A DNA stretch of 64,000 nt, from the NCBI RefSeq assembly GCF_006345805.1, contig NC_043000.1, positions 150,350,001 through 150,414,000 of the forward strand. Direction: 5' to 3'. The notes below the pieces were generated by a model. The model saw only the letters and a program-made list of their open reading frames with translations. It did not search any database and was not told the DNA's origin. The DNA is from Octopus sinensis. Lineage: Eukaryota. Made by a program: the position numbers and the translations under genes. Of the stretch, positions 12,890 through 26,879 are shown piece after piece. Each line of letters begins with the position of its first letter. The first letter of the stretch is position 1.

Positions 12890-13930
12890 AGAAGCACAAA
12901 AGAGCACACAAGCCAAATTGACTACATCCTCACCGGAAACTAAGATATGCAGGTACTGTGAATGCAAAGTCCTTCCTTGATGAAGACTGTACAATTCAAC
13001 ATAGGTTAGAGATTTCAGACTTAAAACTAGAAGGATCCAAGGATACAAACCAGTGTAAAAAAGGAAAGTAAGGAGGCTTTAAGATTCATTGAACAGTCAA
13101 GCATTTACAGAAATTCAAACTGAAACATCTGATGATGAGGAGGAGGAAGAGATAGAGATGTATAAACAATGAATAACTGAAAGTTTTTACAGGACAACCT
13201 ACTAAGGGTAACAGACCAAATCTGTAGCTGGTACAAAATTCCAGCCAGACCAAGGGTGAAATATTGGTGCAACTGTGAAGTAGACAGAGCCATGAAAGCA
13301 GAGAGGCAGGCTTGGAAGAAAAAGAGTAGCGGAGAATTATACCAGACAAGCAGAATAGTGGCCAGATGACAGGTTTATTTAGGAAGGAAAGAAGCAGAAA
13401 GGAACCAGAGATATGAGGTGTTCTGGATTGCAAGACAGTGTATCAGAGAAAATCATGATGTTGTAGGAAATAAATGTGTATGGATGGATGATGGTACACT
13501 TGCACTTGGTCATTCTGGAAAGAGGTGGCATAGAAATGCTTCTATGAATGGTTACTAAATGTGGAAAATGCATAGGAGTCTTTCAAAGTTGAACCCAGCA
13601 GAAGGATAGCTTAAAGTTAAGTTTTAGTAAGGAGTAAAACAGACAAACCACTAATCTCTTTGGGAAAATGGCTCTGTGCAATATGCAGAAAAGGTATTTG
13701 TAGAAATTCCATATGGTGTACCCCAGTACAAACTGTGAACATATGAGAGATGCATTGCATCACAGGAAGGTAAACGGAGAAGGTAGACTTTGTGTGTAGC
13801 AAATGCACAGGAAATAGATTTCATCAAATGCCCAAATGGATCATTAGAAATAGCAGATAGTTTCTGTTACCTAGGTGACCAGATCAGCAGTGGAAGAAGA
13901 TGCTCTGAAAGCATAGTCCCTAGAATAAGT
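12890..13930 (+). mobile_element. Internally deleted RTE LINE remnant
   Basis: APE-end SQIDYIL/QHRL motif, WCNCEVDRAMKAERQAWK, GKWLCAICRKG and SFCYLGDQISS in shifted frames. Confidence 0.7.
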
Positions 13931-14399
13931 ACTAATAATCACTGACATGGAGATAAGTGTTCTTTATTATTATTTTTTCTCTTGAGAAATATTTGATTCA
14001 TCTGGTTCACAACATCTTTAGATTTTAAATTTCTTTATGTATGTGTGCATATTTACATATCTTCCACCACCACATCTCTCACTTTCTTCTGCTTCTCCTT
14101 CCCCTCTCCTGTAGACTTGAGTTTACCAGTGCCTTGTAGGTGGAATTTTACAGACAATAACTGTGCAGAAGCCTGTCTGTCTCTCTCTCTCACACATAAA
14201 CACACACACACAAGTGGCAGAGGACATATGCCATTCCATGCCAGTGGTTACAACATGCCCCTTTCAGTTTCATAATTTAGAGATTCAACAAACAGTGATT
14301 AAATAAGTATTAAACTGTTGAAGAGTACCCACCATCCCCACAATCATATGAGTGAACCCATTAAAAAAAAAAGGGGGGGTATATAGATGCATATGAACA

Positions 14400-15150
14400 A
14401 AGCTGTTAACAGAGGGGAAAAGAACTGTTGTCCCATCTAGAAGAGATCTATCTTACATTAGCTTAACACAGATATGGGAGTCAAGCACTGAACCTGGAGC
14501 CTCTATTTTTATACAAAAGATAGACTTTATTATGAGAGAGAAAATATTGATGTGGTAGTAAATGTGCAATATAACAACAGGATAAAGTTGGAGTATGAGT
14601 TAAGAAATCAGATACCAATGAATGCAGATGTCCAAGAAGGTAGATCAGATCCTAAATCTTTGGGTCCCATTAAGTAGCCGAAACATCTGCAGAATTTAGC
14701 ATGGAAAAACATATTAAGATTAGAACATATGGAGAATTAAGCACAAAAAAGCAACCATTAAAATGAAGATGAATAATCTCAAACATATATAGGAAGCTCG
14801 TTAGGAACATTTGAAAGGAAATAGAAATTCATAATTCACAAATGAAAATAAGACTAAAAATTCATTGAAAGAGCTTTATGGAAATATCCCCAATATATCA
14901 TCAACCATTCAAGAGCAGAGGACAAAATGGGCTGACCACTGCTATCAGAGCAAAGCTGAATTAGTGAGGGAGCTCCTTTTGTGAATCCTAAGCCATAGGA
15001 ATTCTTATGTCGAATGACTCGAAATGAGTTACAATTGATCAATTCTCATGTGATGCCACATTGCAAATAGAAGACTTAAGAAATGTCATAAAATACAGGA
15101 ATACTCCAAGAGAAAGAGTGGTCGAAGTGATAGCAAGAAAAACTACAAAA
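14400..15150 (+). mobile_element. Highly decayed RTE LINE C-terminal remnant
   Basis: KELYGNIPNISSTIQEQRTKWADHCYQSKAELVRELLL resembles the RTE fragment at 53848-54182. Confidence 0.5.
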
Positions 15151-15544
15151 TACTTCTTTTGAAGAATGGTGTTCAAAGATGTTAAAACAGAATAGTTTTA
15201 AGTTAATGATAACAGAAATTATTTTGTTTGAGCTCACTTATTACATTTATGCAAAACCTAATGATGGTACCAAGCTAACAAGTTCAATACTAACACTAGT
15301 AACAAAGATAAATGGTCAATAAAATGAATATGGAGAACTTACAATATTGCAAACAAGGCAAGCAAAAATATGAACACTTTCACAATTATATATATAATTA
15401 ATAATGACAGAAAGAGTATTAACACCAAAAGGCAATGTTTTTCTCCTACTTAAGGTGGACGTGTTAGAACACAGAATATGGCATTATTTATCGAGAGGAC
15501 CTCTCCTGGTAAATAATGCATTTTTCTGTGTTCTAATACAGCAT

Positions 15545-15897
15545 CCACTTTTAAGTCCGGGACCCCCTTCGGTCACGACACTGACCATGGGATTGCACCT
15601 AGAAAGTTACCCTCCTAGTCACAAGTCTGGGCAAGGTGGTTTATGGCAGACCAGCAGTCGCCCATGCATACTGGCCTTTCCTCTCCACTCCACCAGTGTT
15701 ATCCAAGGGAAAGGCAAAAGGGGCCGATACAGCTTGGCACCCGTGACGTCGCAACTCATTTCTACAGCCGAGTGAACTGGAGCAACATGAAATAAAGTGT
15801 CTTGCTCAAGAACACAACACGCAGCCCGGTCCGGGATTCGAGCTCACAACCTCACGATCGTAAGCTCGACGCTCTAACCACTGAGCCATACGCCTTC
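15545..15897 (-). mobile_element. tRNA-derived CORE-like SINE family 4; second copy at 31925-32240 (+)
   Basis: Head TGGCTCAGTGGTTAGAGCG...TCGAATCCC, then TTGAGCAAGACACTT. Related 5' modules at 33185-33510 and 35690-36000. Confidence 0.8.
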
Positions 15898-16211
15898 AAG
15901 TATGGAGATAAATACTTTTAAGTAGGAGATAAATATTACTTTATATATATAATCTAAGACCTTTTCCTCTGTTTTAACTACATTATACCTTAAAACTTAT
16001 AGCTGTTGAACAAATGATGGGATAATTTATAACCTACAGTTGGCTATGTCTATCATCTTCATCATTATTTTCCATGCTTGCATATTTTGGATAGATCTTT
16101 AATCCCTTAGCATTTAAACTGGCTATATCCGGCCAAAAGTATTCTGCTTGTTTTATGTTCAAACTGGCCAGATCTGGTCTCTCACACCAACCCTACAATA
16201 TCGTTTTAAAA

Positions 16212-16488
16212 AGCATTAATTTTGGTAGAACAGTCATTCCGAAAAGCTCTATCTGCGACGATTTCATCTCAATCGAAGGAGAGGGGCTTTCTCCGTCCGG
16301 GTTGCGGAAACGTGGAATAAGCTGCCAGACGAGATGGTGAAGATGCCGACGACCGCTCGGTTCAAAGTCTCCCTTGACCTCAAGTGGCTTGAACTCTTTA
16401 CTTGAACACCACCCTGTACATAACTCCATGTCCCCCTACATGGCCTTGCTTTTTGCTTTTTGAGCCAAAAAATTAACTAACTAACTAA
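16212..16488 (+). mobile_element. CR1-like LINE 3' end with (CTAA)n tail, abutting a truncated TTAA MITE (16103-16210)
   Basis: HSEKLYLRRFHLNRRRGAFSVRVAETWNKLPDEMV...FKVSLD; tail AACTAACTAACTAA. Confidence 0.75.
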
Positions 16489-16499
16489 ACAGTTAACAC

Positions 16500-17000
16500 A
16501 GGTCCTAGCTATCATCTTTGTAAGATACAGAATCTTGAGATCAGACCATCATGTTCCTTGTATATGGCACTTCTTCAATTGACATCCTTCACAAACATCA
16601 CATTTATATTGGTACAGCATTCACTCTTACAAACCATACCCAATTTCTCTTACATTCCATTTTTCTCTCAGATTATTCATGCTTTGTTGGTGCTCAGGCA
16701 CACTAACAGACATCCATCAGCTTTCATACTTCCTCAAAATTCAATGCCTTTACATCCCTACCATACAACATTTCACTCCATACACAAGCATCGTAGTCTG
16801 TCCTTTACTTGGAGAAGGATCCCCTTTAGACTTTTTAATCATGTTCTTATTCAGGTTATAGAATGCTTTCAGAATACCCAACTCTATTGTTGATTACACA
16901 ACATAAGATAACAAACTCCCAATTACTTCAAGGAAGCTTCCTTGGCATTAGAAGAAAATCATTTTGAGTTTTCTCACTGTTAAATATATTTGACAAAACC
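16500..17000 (-). mobile_element. Decayed RTE-like remnant
   Basis: Weak RT-thumb-like residues in broken minus-strand frames. Confidence 0.35.
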
Positions 17001-18199
17001 ATTTAACACTTAATATAATACACCTATCAGTAAATATGTCCACAAGAAAACACAGTTCAAGAGACTCTCAAAATTTACAAATATTTCATCATAACCCAAA
17101 ATACTCCTTTATCTAAAATATATAAGAATAGTCAGTAGGAACTCAATACAAACAAAAAACTACATAAAAGATTAAGTGAAATTTCTGACAGACCAAAACT
17201 TCAAAGAATTATTACCTGTTGGCAACAAAAGATTTCTGTAGTCTCTATGAGCAAGTCACATTACACAAAGTGATTTAAAGAAGTGTTATGTGATAGCAAA
17301 ACAAAAGTATTGAGAGAGAAATAAGGGGGACATAACCCAATGAATGTGTTGCACCCACCCAAATAAAAAGGTACAGAACATGTGAGGAGAGAATAGAGCT
17401 GGACATTAAACAGAATTATATATATATATATATATATATGCAAAAGAGAACAGGTAACATAAATGAATAGAATGCTGGATGAAAAAAATGCAAAGTGCAG
17501 TCAGTGAATTTTCTGTTGTCGAGGAAGATATGAAGAGGGATGATGACAGGCCTTAGTAAACTGGGCTTCATAGATGGGAGAATGAAAGATAGAGATGAGT
17601 ATTCTTATGATTTAACAGCCTATCCAACTCAAATTGTTATACAACAAAAATATTAAAATGCTGGTGGGCAACACTTAGGACAAAACTGAAAATTGGTGGA
17701 TGGAGCAATATACATGAAATGAAAAAAATTTCAAGTTTGAGGATTTCTCTCATGGTACGAGAGCTTTTACATGGTAAAGCAGGGTTACTAAAATGATTTC
17801 TAAAATACAGATTTAAAACGTCAGATATTTAATGGACGTGTGTGTGACAAAAAAAATTATATTCAGTAGTTCATTCTCAATTCAGTTTCACTTTAGGACA
17901 CATAGGATGAAGTAATCCTCGAACATTAAAAGAAGACGAGATGGCCACAATTGCCTTCAAATACAGTTTTGCTTGATAAGGGATTTAAACAATAACTGAT
18001 TAATATTTATCTTTCATATTTTGCTTGTTTCGGTCATTAAACTGCGGTCATGCTGGGGCATGTTATTATTTAGTCAATGCGTATTTAGCAAATGAACATA
18101 TGATTCAATTACTTAAAAATATGTAATTGAAAACAAAATTTCTGGATTAAAAACTACATGTAAAATACACAAAGCTGACACATGGATAAGGAAGTGCAA

Positions 18200-18975
18200 A
18201 AATTATCGACGGTAAAGAATACACACACCCGATGTTTAAGGTTAGGGTTTTTGTTAGGCCGAAGACGGGTGGTGTGTATTGTTTACCTCCGCCCAAAAAT
18301 TATAGCTTTTCCTCTAACTTTACATATTCTTGAAGAATTAATTTCATGGATCAATTTAACTGAAGAACACAGCGAATAAGATTTTAACGAGCTGCATATA
18401 GGCATATAAATTCAGGTACTGAATTGCCAATAAAATAGTTCAAATGGAGAACTGCGATAGGGGCTTCGTGAATCAGTCTTATTCAAGTGTACGAAAAATG
18501 TGGAAAAAAACAAAAATAATAATAATATACATTAGAGGGAAAAAGAAAGTGAGTTTGTTTATTTCCAGGTTAGTTTTGATTGAGCACAGCTTATGATCTA
18601 AGGTATTTTTTTTTTTACGCAATGACCACCCTTTTTCAGACACAGTGCATCTAAGGCTATTTTTTCAAAACTAGGTTGTGATTTGAAGGAGATTTTTTTC
18701 CCCTAGCAGATCGTGACCATAGAGGCCTCTTGGCTCCAAAAAGTAGGGTAATACTGACGTACAATAAAGAGTATTAATAATATTAAAAAACCTGACGTTG
18801 CGACAGTGCCCTTCATCGGTAGATCCTGCGTGAAACTTCGGTTATTTTTTTAAGGCACTCACACATAGCAACACACCTAAGTTAGGTTGTTCGTTTCATT
18901 AACAGATGGGAAGGGAGCAGTCAACGCAAACCAACACTTTTAGAAGCACGCGTGCATTCACAAATTATAAGGTGA
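18200..18975. promoter_or_regulatory. Intronic CpG-enriched region, possible alternative promoter
   Basis: CpG-rich; GC box GGGCGG next to minus-strand donor GAG|GTAAAC (18287); plus-strand donor AAG|GTGAGT (18971). Confidence 0.3.
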
Positions 18976-20147
18976 GTGAGTGATTAGTAGTAGATTCAGG
19001 AAATATTCTACGAAATATATTTGTAAATATTAAATATATACAGTGAAGCCAAATTATACATAGATGTGAAATTTGTGGAATATATGAATAATACTTTAAA
19101 AAAATAAAAGCTGTGTGGGGTAAAGGTAAGACGGATCTTAAAAAAATGGGAGTAATAAAAAAAATACCAATAAGTTTGAAATGGAACCATAAATATATAA
19201 ATATATATATATATAAAAGTGACTACACTTTATCAGAAGAATCTTTTTTTTTTTCTAAAGTAATAAAAATGTTTACATTTTGTCCCATCAAGAACAAAAT
19301 AATTTCAACAGTTAGGTATAATAATTTCTCCAGATAGAGAGAAATATTCTTAGGAATTTTTCTAACTTACGAAAGAAAAACGTATTTAAGTTGAAGAAAA
19401 TCTATTAAAAATTTGAAAAATGTACAGAAATATACATACAGCAACGAAATTAAAATATTTCAAGTGGCGAAAGCAGTTTTGCAAATCCCGTTCAACTCAA
19501 GTATTTGAAAACGGACCAAGAGTGTGAAATTGACAATGTCTGTATCGTAATTTTCTATTCACACACACACATCATATTCACCACTACAACTACTACCACC
19601 ACCACCATCACCACAAATGCAATTTTTATTTATTTTTTTTTATTATTCGTTTTGCTGCCATTTGGTTAATTGAAATATATATATATATATATATATATAA
19701 ATGTGTAAATATATATCAAACTACTCTCAGGAAATCGCGTGAAACGGAAAGATTAAAAACTTTGACAAAAAAAAAAAAAAATAATGAAATAAATAAATTA
19801 AAAACAAAAAAGTTGAAGGAGGTAAAAACAAAAATATAATTGAGTTTTCAGAAAGTTTTACGTGTTTATGCGTGAATGTGCATGAGTGCGTGATTAAGGA
19901 AGAGTCCAAATATGTAAGGATGGACTAAAAAGGAAAAATGGGATTCTGCCTATGTGAAAGTGAGCTTCTGGTAGCCAATTGAGGAAGTCAGAAACAGACC
20001 GCCTTAATGTAACGTCATATAACATACTGTAACTATATAATAAAGGACAGGGGGAAAAAACGAAAACGGTTCTAAATGATTAATTAACCAGTTAACCCCC
20101 TAATCTGAAAAATAAAAGACAATTAAATATAAAACTAATTAACTTAC

Positions 20148-20350
20148 CTTAAACTGCGGCTTCTGGAAAAAGGAGACGACCAATTTTAGGTAGAGAATAT
20201 GCAACTGTTTTTTGTTGGGGGGGTTTTGGTTTTTTTGCCTCTTTTTTTTCTTATATAAATCCCAAATGTTGGCCGATATTACGTTTCAACTATCCACAGT
20301 GCCCGATTCGACAAGCAAAACACCAACACCTATCACGTGGAAATAAAATT
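20148..20350 (-). promoter_or_regulatory. Probable non-coding first exon / promoter of MEF2
   Basis: Perfect donor AAG|GTAAGT at 20148/20147 in unique, CpG-enriched sequence upstream of the ATG exon; E-box CACGTG near 20335. The upstream boundary is a guess. Confidence 0.55.
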
Positions 20351-20369
20351 GACCCACGATCTGTAATAG

Positions 20370-20830
20370 AATTTAAGATTTTATATATTATATATATACA
20401 TAAATACATACATATATATATGTTTATATATATATATATATATACACATATATACAATTACATATGAACAGTAGATATGGTTTGAGGAAATCGAATATTA
20501 ATTAATACTGAAAGCAAATATGGTAATTTTCATATGTTGCTTCTTCTCTATAGTAGAAATTTTACGTTTAGATCGACATTTACATAACTCTTCCTGATTT
20601 TGTGTCAATAATCAAATCATGTGTGTATATACATGTAATATATATATGTAATATATATATATATATATATACATATATATAATGTGTATATATTTACATA
20701 GGCGTGCATATATATGTTTATACATTTATATATGTATAGTTATTTATACATAAATATAAATAAATATATATACATATATATAGACAGATAGATTAGATGT
20801 ATATATACACATATATATATAAGCAAAGAG
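20370..20830. repeat. Degenerate (TA)n-rich low-complexity tract just upstream of the putative MEF2 first exon
   Basis: Directly visible TA/CA/TG dinucleotide mosaic. Confidence 0.8.
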
Positions 20831-20959
20831 ACGGATGACCAACGTGCAATAAACATACAATAATGGGTTAAACATTAGACAATAGAAGTTTCAAGTCGAT
20901 ATAAAATTTGACAGTGATCAAGATACATTGAAGCAAAGAAGGAATTTTTACTGTTAAAA

Positions 20960-21880
20960 CGTGTTAGATGCTGTTGTTGGTAGCAATGAGATTCGCTTGC
21001 CAACAACTCCTTCTTCCAATTGTATAACGCCATTCCTAACAGAAAACACACCAAACAAATCCGGCTGTGTTTGTATACACAAGCTTACTACTAACGACCA
21101 ACATTTTCAAGTTAAGTCATTCTTCAATACGAGAGAGAAAAGCGAAGTAAAAATATCGGTGGGTTTTGATGCTATTTTTACTAACCAGTTGAAATCTGGC
21201 TGAGGTGGAGAAATCTACAAGTCGTGCTATTTTAGGCATGGAAATGACTTGGGTATTTATAGCCAGTTTCACTAAAGCGATATGTTAATTAGTGGTGAGA
21301 AGGCAACTCGTGTACTTTTATAGTATACTTTACCTACGACAATCGACTCGAATTGTGAATGTATCGAATAAACAAGATCAATCAAGTATAGGGATTAAAT
21401 TTTTAGAATCCATGTAATACCTTAGAAAGTCGAAATTTAAGTGAAAGCGTTGGGACTAACTTCATTCAGCGGAAGGCAATCACTCCGCGCCTCACTTTCC
21501 CCTCACTAAAAGGAATAACTTTGAGGTAAGACATAATAAATAATACAGAGATATTTTGTTTTCTACACATGTTAAAATTACAGAAAAACTTTCGGTAACA
21601 ATTAGCTAATAAACATGCTTTGAAAAATAGGTTGAGGTTTCGAAAAAAAAAAAAAAAAAGGACAAATTAATAAGGAATCAGCAAAAAATCATTTAATTTC
21701 AACACGCAATTTACCGACATCCACTCCTGGCAAGCTACTGCATCCAGCACGGAATTCCACTTTCAATGACGTCATGTAAATTGCCGTCTAGCAGTTACAT
21801 ACGAAAACACGGGAAGATAAATCGTTCAGTCATGTCATATGAAACGGAAGGGTGTGGATCTCTCTCAACAATTGTAATAA
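20960..21880. promoter_or_regulatory. CpG-enriched unique region, probable promoter/enhancer
   Basis: CpG visibly denser than in the flanks; full CRE TGACGTCA at 21767-21774; plus-strand donor GAG|GTAAGA at 21525. Confidence 0.4.
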
Positions 21881-23945
21881 ACGACTCGAGCTTGTGGCAG
21901 AAGCGTTAGCGCGGCTGGGGCGAAATGCTTAGCGCTATGCGCTATATATCGTCTGCTGTCGTTACGTTCTGAGTTCGTATTCCGCCCGAGGTCGACTTTG
22001 CCTTTCGTCCTTTCGGGGTCGATTAAATAAGTACCAGCTACGTACTGGGGTCGATGTAATCGACTTAATACATATGTCTGTCCCCTCTGTGTTTAGCCCC
22101 TTGTGGGTAGTAAAGAAATAGGTATTTCGTCTGTCGTTACGTTCTGAGTTCAAATTCCGCCGAGGTCGACTTTGCCTTTCATCCTTTCGGGGTCGATAAA
22201 TTAAAGTACCAGTTATGCACTGGAGTCGATGTAATCGACTTAATACCTATGTCTGTCCTTGTTTGTCCCCTCTATGTTTAGCCCCTTGTGGGTAATAAAG
22301 AAATAGGTATTTCGTCTGTCGTTACGTTCTGAGTTCAAATTCCGCCGAGGTCGACTTTGCCTTTCACCCTTTCGTGATCGATAAATTAAGTACCAGTTAC
22401 GCACTGGAGTCGATGTAATCAACTTAATCCCTTTGTCTGTCCTTGTTTGTCCCCTCTGTGTTTAGCCCCTTGTGGGCAGTAAAGAAATATATAAAAAGCT
22501 GACGATTCGTCTGTCAAAGTTGTGATGTAAGGAAGGAAGTAAATAGAATTGAATAATGTGTAATTTCAGTTGATTTGAAAGCCTCGAAAACGGTTGATCA
22601 GGCATAAGAACAATTCAATTATTAGTACATAAAACTCGAGAAAAGATGTGTATTTGTATTGAAAAGAAAAATAAAATTGGGGAGGAGTGATATAAAGGCA
22701 AAATTGTGTCCTGTGAGGGAATGAAAAATACTGATATACTTTTCTGATTTTCTTTAGAACCTGTGTATGATATCAATATTTAGAATAATTATAGATTTCC
22801 GTCTAAATCATAATATTAAAAGATAACTTTAAAAAATGAAATCTAATAAATACATACAGACAAAGCAGTATAAAAGCTTTATCGTAATGAATCGAGTTTC
22901 AGCGTCAATTCTTTTAATGTAGAATTAAATAATTGTAATATGCTGAAGTTCAATTTACTGAACTATTTTACGACTTTAAAGAGGCACTAAGTATAGAGAG
23001 AAGGCGATATGGATGAGTTGTTATTTAACTCAGTAATAGCCATAGCCCTGGTGGATCAGATTTATAATCAAAGGCTTTCCAGACGTGATCATCCACCTGG
23101 GTTTTTTTTTTTAAGACTACAAAGTCCAGTGCTTCCTTCCCTTTTTAAAGAATGGAGTATTTTAACTGGTATTTTTAGCTGGTGGCGCGAATTGACTGCG
23201 TTCAAATTCTGCTCAAATCATGTTTAACTTTCGCCCTTCCGGGTTTAAGAAAATAAAGCACCAATCAAGTACTAGGATGAGTTTTATAATGCCTCCTTGG
23301 TGTTAATAGAATTACAGCAGAAAACAATACTATGTTAGAAATTTTTTTAGTACTAAGCAAATCGCAAGTACATGCGAACCTAAAAACACTCTTGCACTGA
23401 GGAAAAACAATGAACAAAATTTTACAAATTCATAAGCATGCAACTTATGTTAAATTATTGTTTAGGGTTTTAAGGCATTATTTATTTATTTATTCGTTCA
23501 TTTTAGAGCGAGACGTTGGCATGTCTATGTGGTTAAGAAGCTCGCTTTCCAACCACCTGATTTCGGGTTCGATCCCTCTGCGTCTATTTTGGGGAAGTGT
23601 CTTCTACTATAGCCTTGTGTCAACCTGTGTTGTGTCTTGTCAGTGAATTTGATAAACCGTGTAGAAGCCCTGTTGATTAAAACTGAAAGAAGCCTGTCGT
23701 ATATATCATTTATCCGGTATTTGTTTCCGTCATTAAACTGCGGCCATGCTGGGGTACCGCCTTGAAGAATTTTAGTCGAAGGAATCGACCCCAGAACTTT
23801 CTTTTTTAACCCGATACTTATTTTATCGGTGTCTTTTGCTGAACCGCTAAGTTACGAAATGTAAACATACCTGCACCGGTTGTCAAGTGGTGGTGGTGGT
23901 GGTGGTGGTGGACAAACACAGAAACACACACACACACACACACAC

Positions 23946-23998
<53 letters not shown>

Positions 23999-25279
23999 CG
24001 AGCTTCTTTCAGTTTCCATCTACCAAATCCACTCACAAGGCTTTGGTTAGCCTGAGGTAAGAGTAGAAGATACTTATCTGAGGTGGGATTGAACCCAGAA
24101 CCATGTGGGAAGCAAACTTGTCCTCCACCACTGCTTAGCAACAAGTGTTGGTTTGCTTATGTCCCTGCAACTTGTGGGTTTGGCAAAAGAAACCAATGGA
24201 AAAAGTACCAGACTTAAAAATAAGTACTGGGGGAAAATTAGTTCAATTAACCTCTTCAAAGCAGTGCTCCAGCATGACCACAGTCCATTGATTGAATAAC
24301 AAGTAATCTATACGTTTCAGTTGGTTTGAACACTGATTATCATCAAGTGTTTTATGATGGAATGTCATCATCATCATCATCATCATCGTTTAGCGTCCGT
24401 TTTCCATGCTGGCATGGGTTGGACAGTTCAACCGGTGTCTGGGAAGCCAGAAGGCTGCACCAGGCACCAGTCTGATCTGGCAGTGTTTCTACAGCTGGAT
24501 GCCCTTCCTAACGCCAACCATTCCGTGATTGTAGTGGGTGTTTTTTACGTGCCACCGGCACAGGGGCCAGAGGAGACTGGCAAACAGCCACGATCGGTTT
24601 GTACTTTTATGTGTCACCGACACGGACGCCAGTCAGGCAGCGCTGGCATCTGCCACGTTCAGATGGTGCTTTTCTTTTAACTTGTCACCAGTACTCAAAC
24701 TGTCTTGGACTCAAACTAGGGACCTTAGTTTAGAAGGCTCTCCTTAGATTAGAAATAAAGCTTCTTAGTTTAAATACAGTACCATACAATGTACACACTG
24801 TAGAATACGGCACTAGATGTTGATCAGTGGTAGAACAAGCAAAATGTGGTTCAGATGTGAATATTAAAAAACGTTTCATGTATGAAGAGGAGGTTAATAA
24901 AATTATCATTTTAATTTTGTTAATGAGTAGTAAAAATGTTGACAAGTACCAGCTCTTATCTTCATTTTAGGTGCATGTCAAATGGTATACTATATGGCGT
25001 TTCTCCAGTAAATGAAAGTTTCATTTCTTGTTTGTGTTCCAGAATTTCCCCATGAAATAGTGTTGTTCTCTCCTTTGTCTTTAGAAGACAAGAACAATAT
25101 TATAAGAAGGCACATTTTATACCCTCTGTAATATTCTTATCTCCTATTTTATGCTTCATATCCAGTGAAGATAGCTAGCATCTATTCATATGATTATGCG
25201 GAAACAGAGTAAGTATTTAATAGTATAGTTACTGATATCACATATACATGTGATAGTAGTAGTAGTAGAGAACATTATC

Positions 25280-26460
25280 AAATAGCTTAAAGGGAAGTTA
25301 GGTGGCAGGTATACAAGCAAAGGGAGAAGTAGAAGAGAAATTTGCACATTTTGGATGTGAAAATCAGACATGAGATGTTCAGAGTTGCAAGTCTATGTAT
25401 AAGGGACAACAGAGATGTCATTGTGAACAAAGGCATTCAAAACGATGAAGGCACACTTTCCAATGCCTTTGCTGAAAAGAAAGAGGCATGGAAGAGCTTT
25501 TATGAAAGGCTGTTGAACAGGGAGAATGAATGGTATAAACAGGGGTTATCTCATGCTGACTCTACTGGGAGACCAGCAATTCAATTTGATAATAGTGTGA
25601 GAGATAAAGCGATTGAGAACATGAAGGTAAGGAAAGATGATGGCCCATCGGGTATAGTGATTGAGATGCTCAAAATATCTAGCCAGGTACATTGATAATC
25701 AAGTAATGTGGGTTGGTATTATATCTAATGAGTGGTATAGAAGTATCGTTATAAACCGCTACCCAAATAAAGGAGAAGTTTCAGAGAGAGGAAATTACAA
25801 AAGCATCAAATTGTTCAGCCAGACTACAAAAATAACAGAGAGTATCATAGCATAATTGATCAAGAACAGAGTTAGTTAGGTTCTCAACTAGGGTCCATAT
25901 AAGATTTTGGGGGGTGCACACAACAAAATAGTAAATTGGGAATACACAATGGTATTTTAAGGGGCCCTGAATAAATTTTGCTTTAGATGTATGTATTGCA
26001 ACAAACAGCTAGGTTTCTTTCTCTAACATTTTATATAGTTCAACCTACACGAATTTATGTGTAAAAACATTGATAAATAACATTTTATAAAACTAGTTTT
26101 AAACATCAAAGGATTATGAGGTCCACCAGAATAAAATGGTAATCAAAGGGGTCTATAGATAAAAAATTGTTGAGAACCCCTGGTTTGGACAAAACATAAA
26201 TCAGCTTTATACCTAGAGGAGGTACCATTAATATAATCTTCCTAGTAAGACAACTATAGAAGAAATACTTGACTAAGAGTTGACTGCAATACTTGGTATT
26301 CATTGACTTTGACAAGGTACCTTCTCTACCTTGGAAACTAAGTATACATGAATGGCTTGACAACTATACAAGCTATGTGTGAAGGTGTAATAAATGAAGT
26401 GTGAGTCAACAATACTTTTGGAGATCGAAACGCATCTGACACTCTTGTTGGACAGAGCTG
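25280..26460 (+). mobile_element. RTE LINE internal fragment interrupted by a hAT-like MITE (25876-26182)
   Basis: EAWKSFYERLLNRENEW, GPSGIVIEMLK, KGEVSERGNYKSIKL, then a DFDKVP-like segment after the MITE. The MITE ends GTTGAGAACCCCTG. Confidence 0.75.
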
Positions 26461-26745
26461 AATTGAATTTTTGTCTCCGAATTTCTGATATTTATTAAGT
26501 TTTTAACATACCAAGTTCATAAGAGATGTTATCACAAGACAAATACTACAGTAACTGGCCTATCAACAGTGTGGATACATTAAATATGGTACATAGATGG
26601 CTATTTTAGTAAAATATTGCCTCAGTTGCATATCATAGACATAAATGCATCTATAACTAAGTGTGTGTGTGTGTGTGTTGTCTAAAATCCTTGAGTCAGA
26701 AAAACAGGCACTGATATAATTTACCAACTTAATAAATTGGGTAGA

Positions 26746-26860
<115 letters not shown>

Positions 26861-26879
26861 TTATCATCATCATTTTCAT

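Noticed and set aside
19900-21900. MEF2 autoregulatory site YTA(A/T)4TAR in the promoter region
   Set aside because: Only near-matches were found (e.g. GTATTTATAG at about 21253), which are expected by chance in AT-rich DNA.
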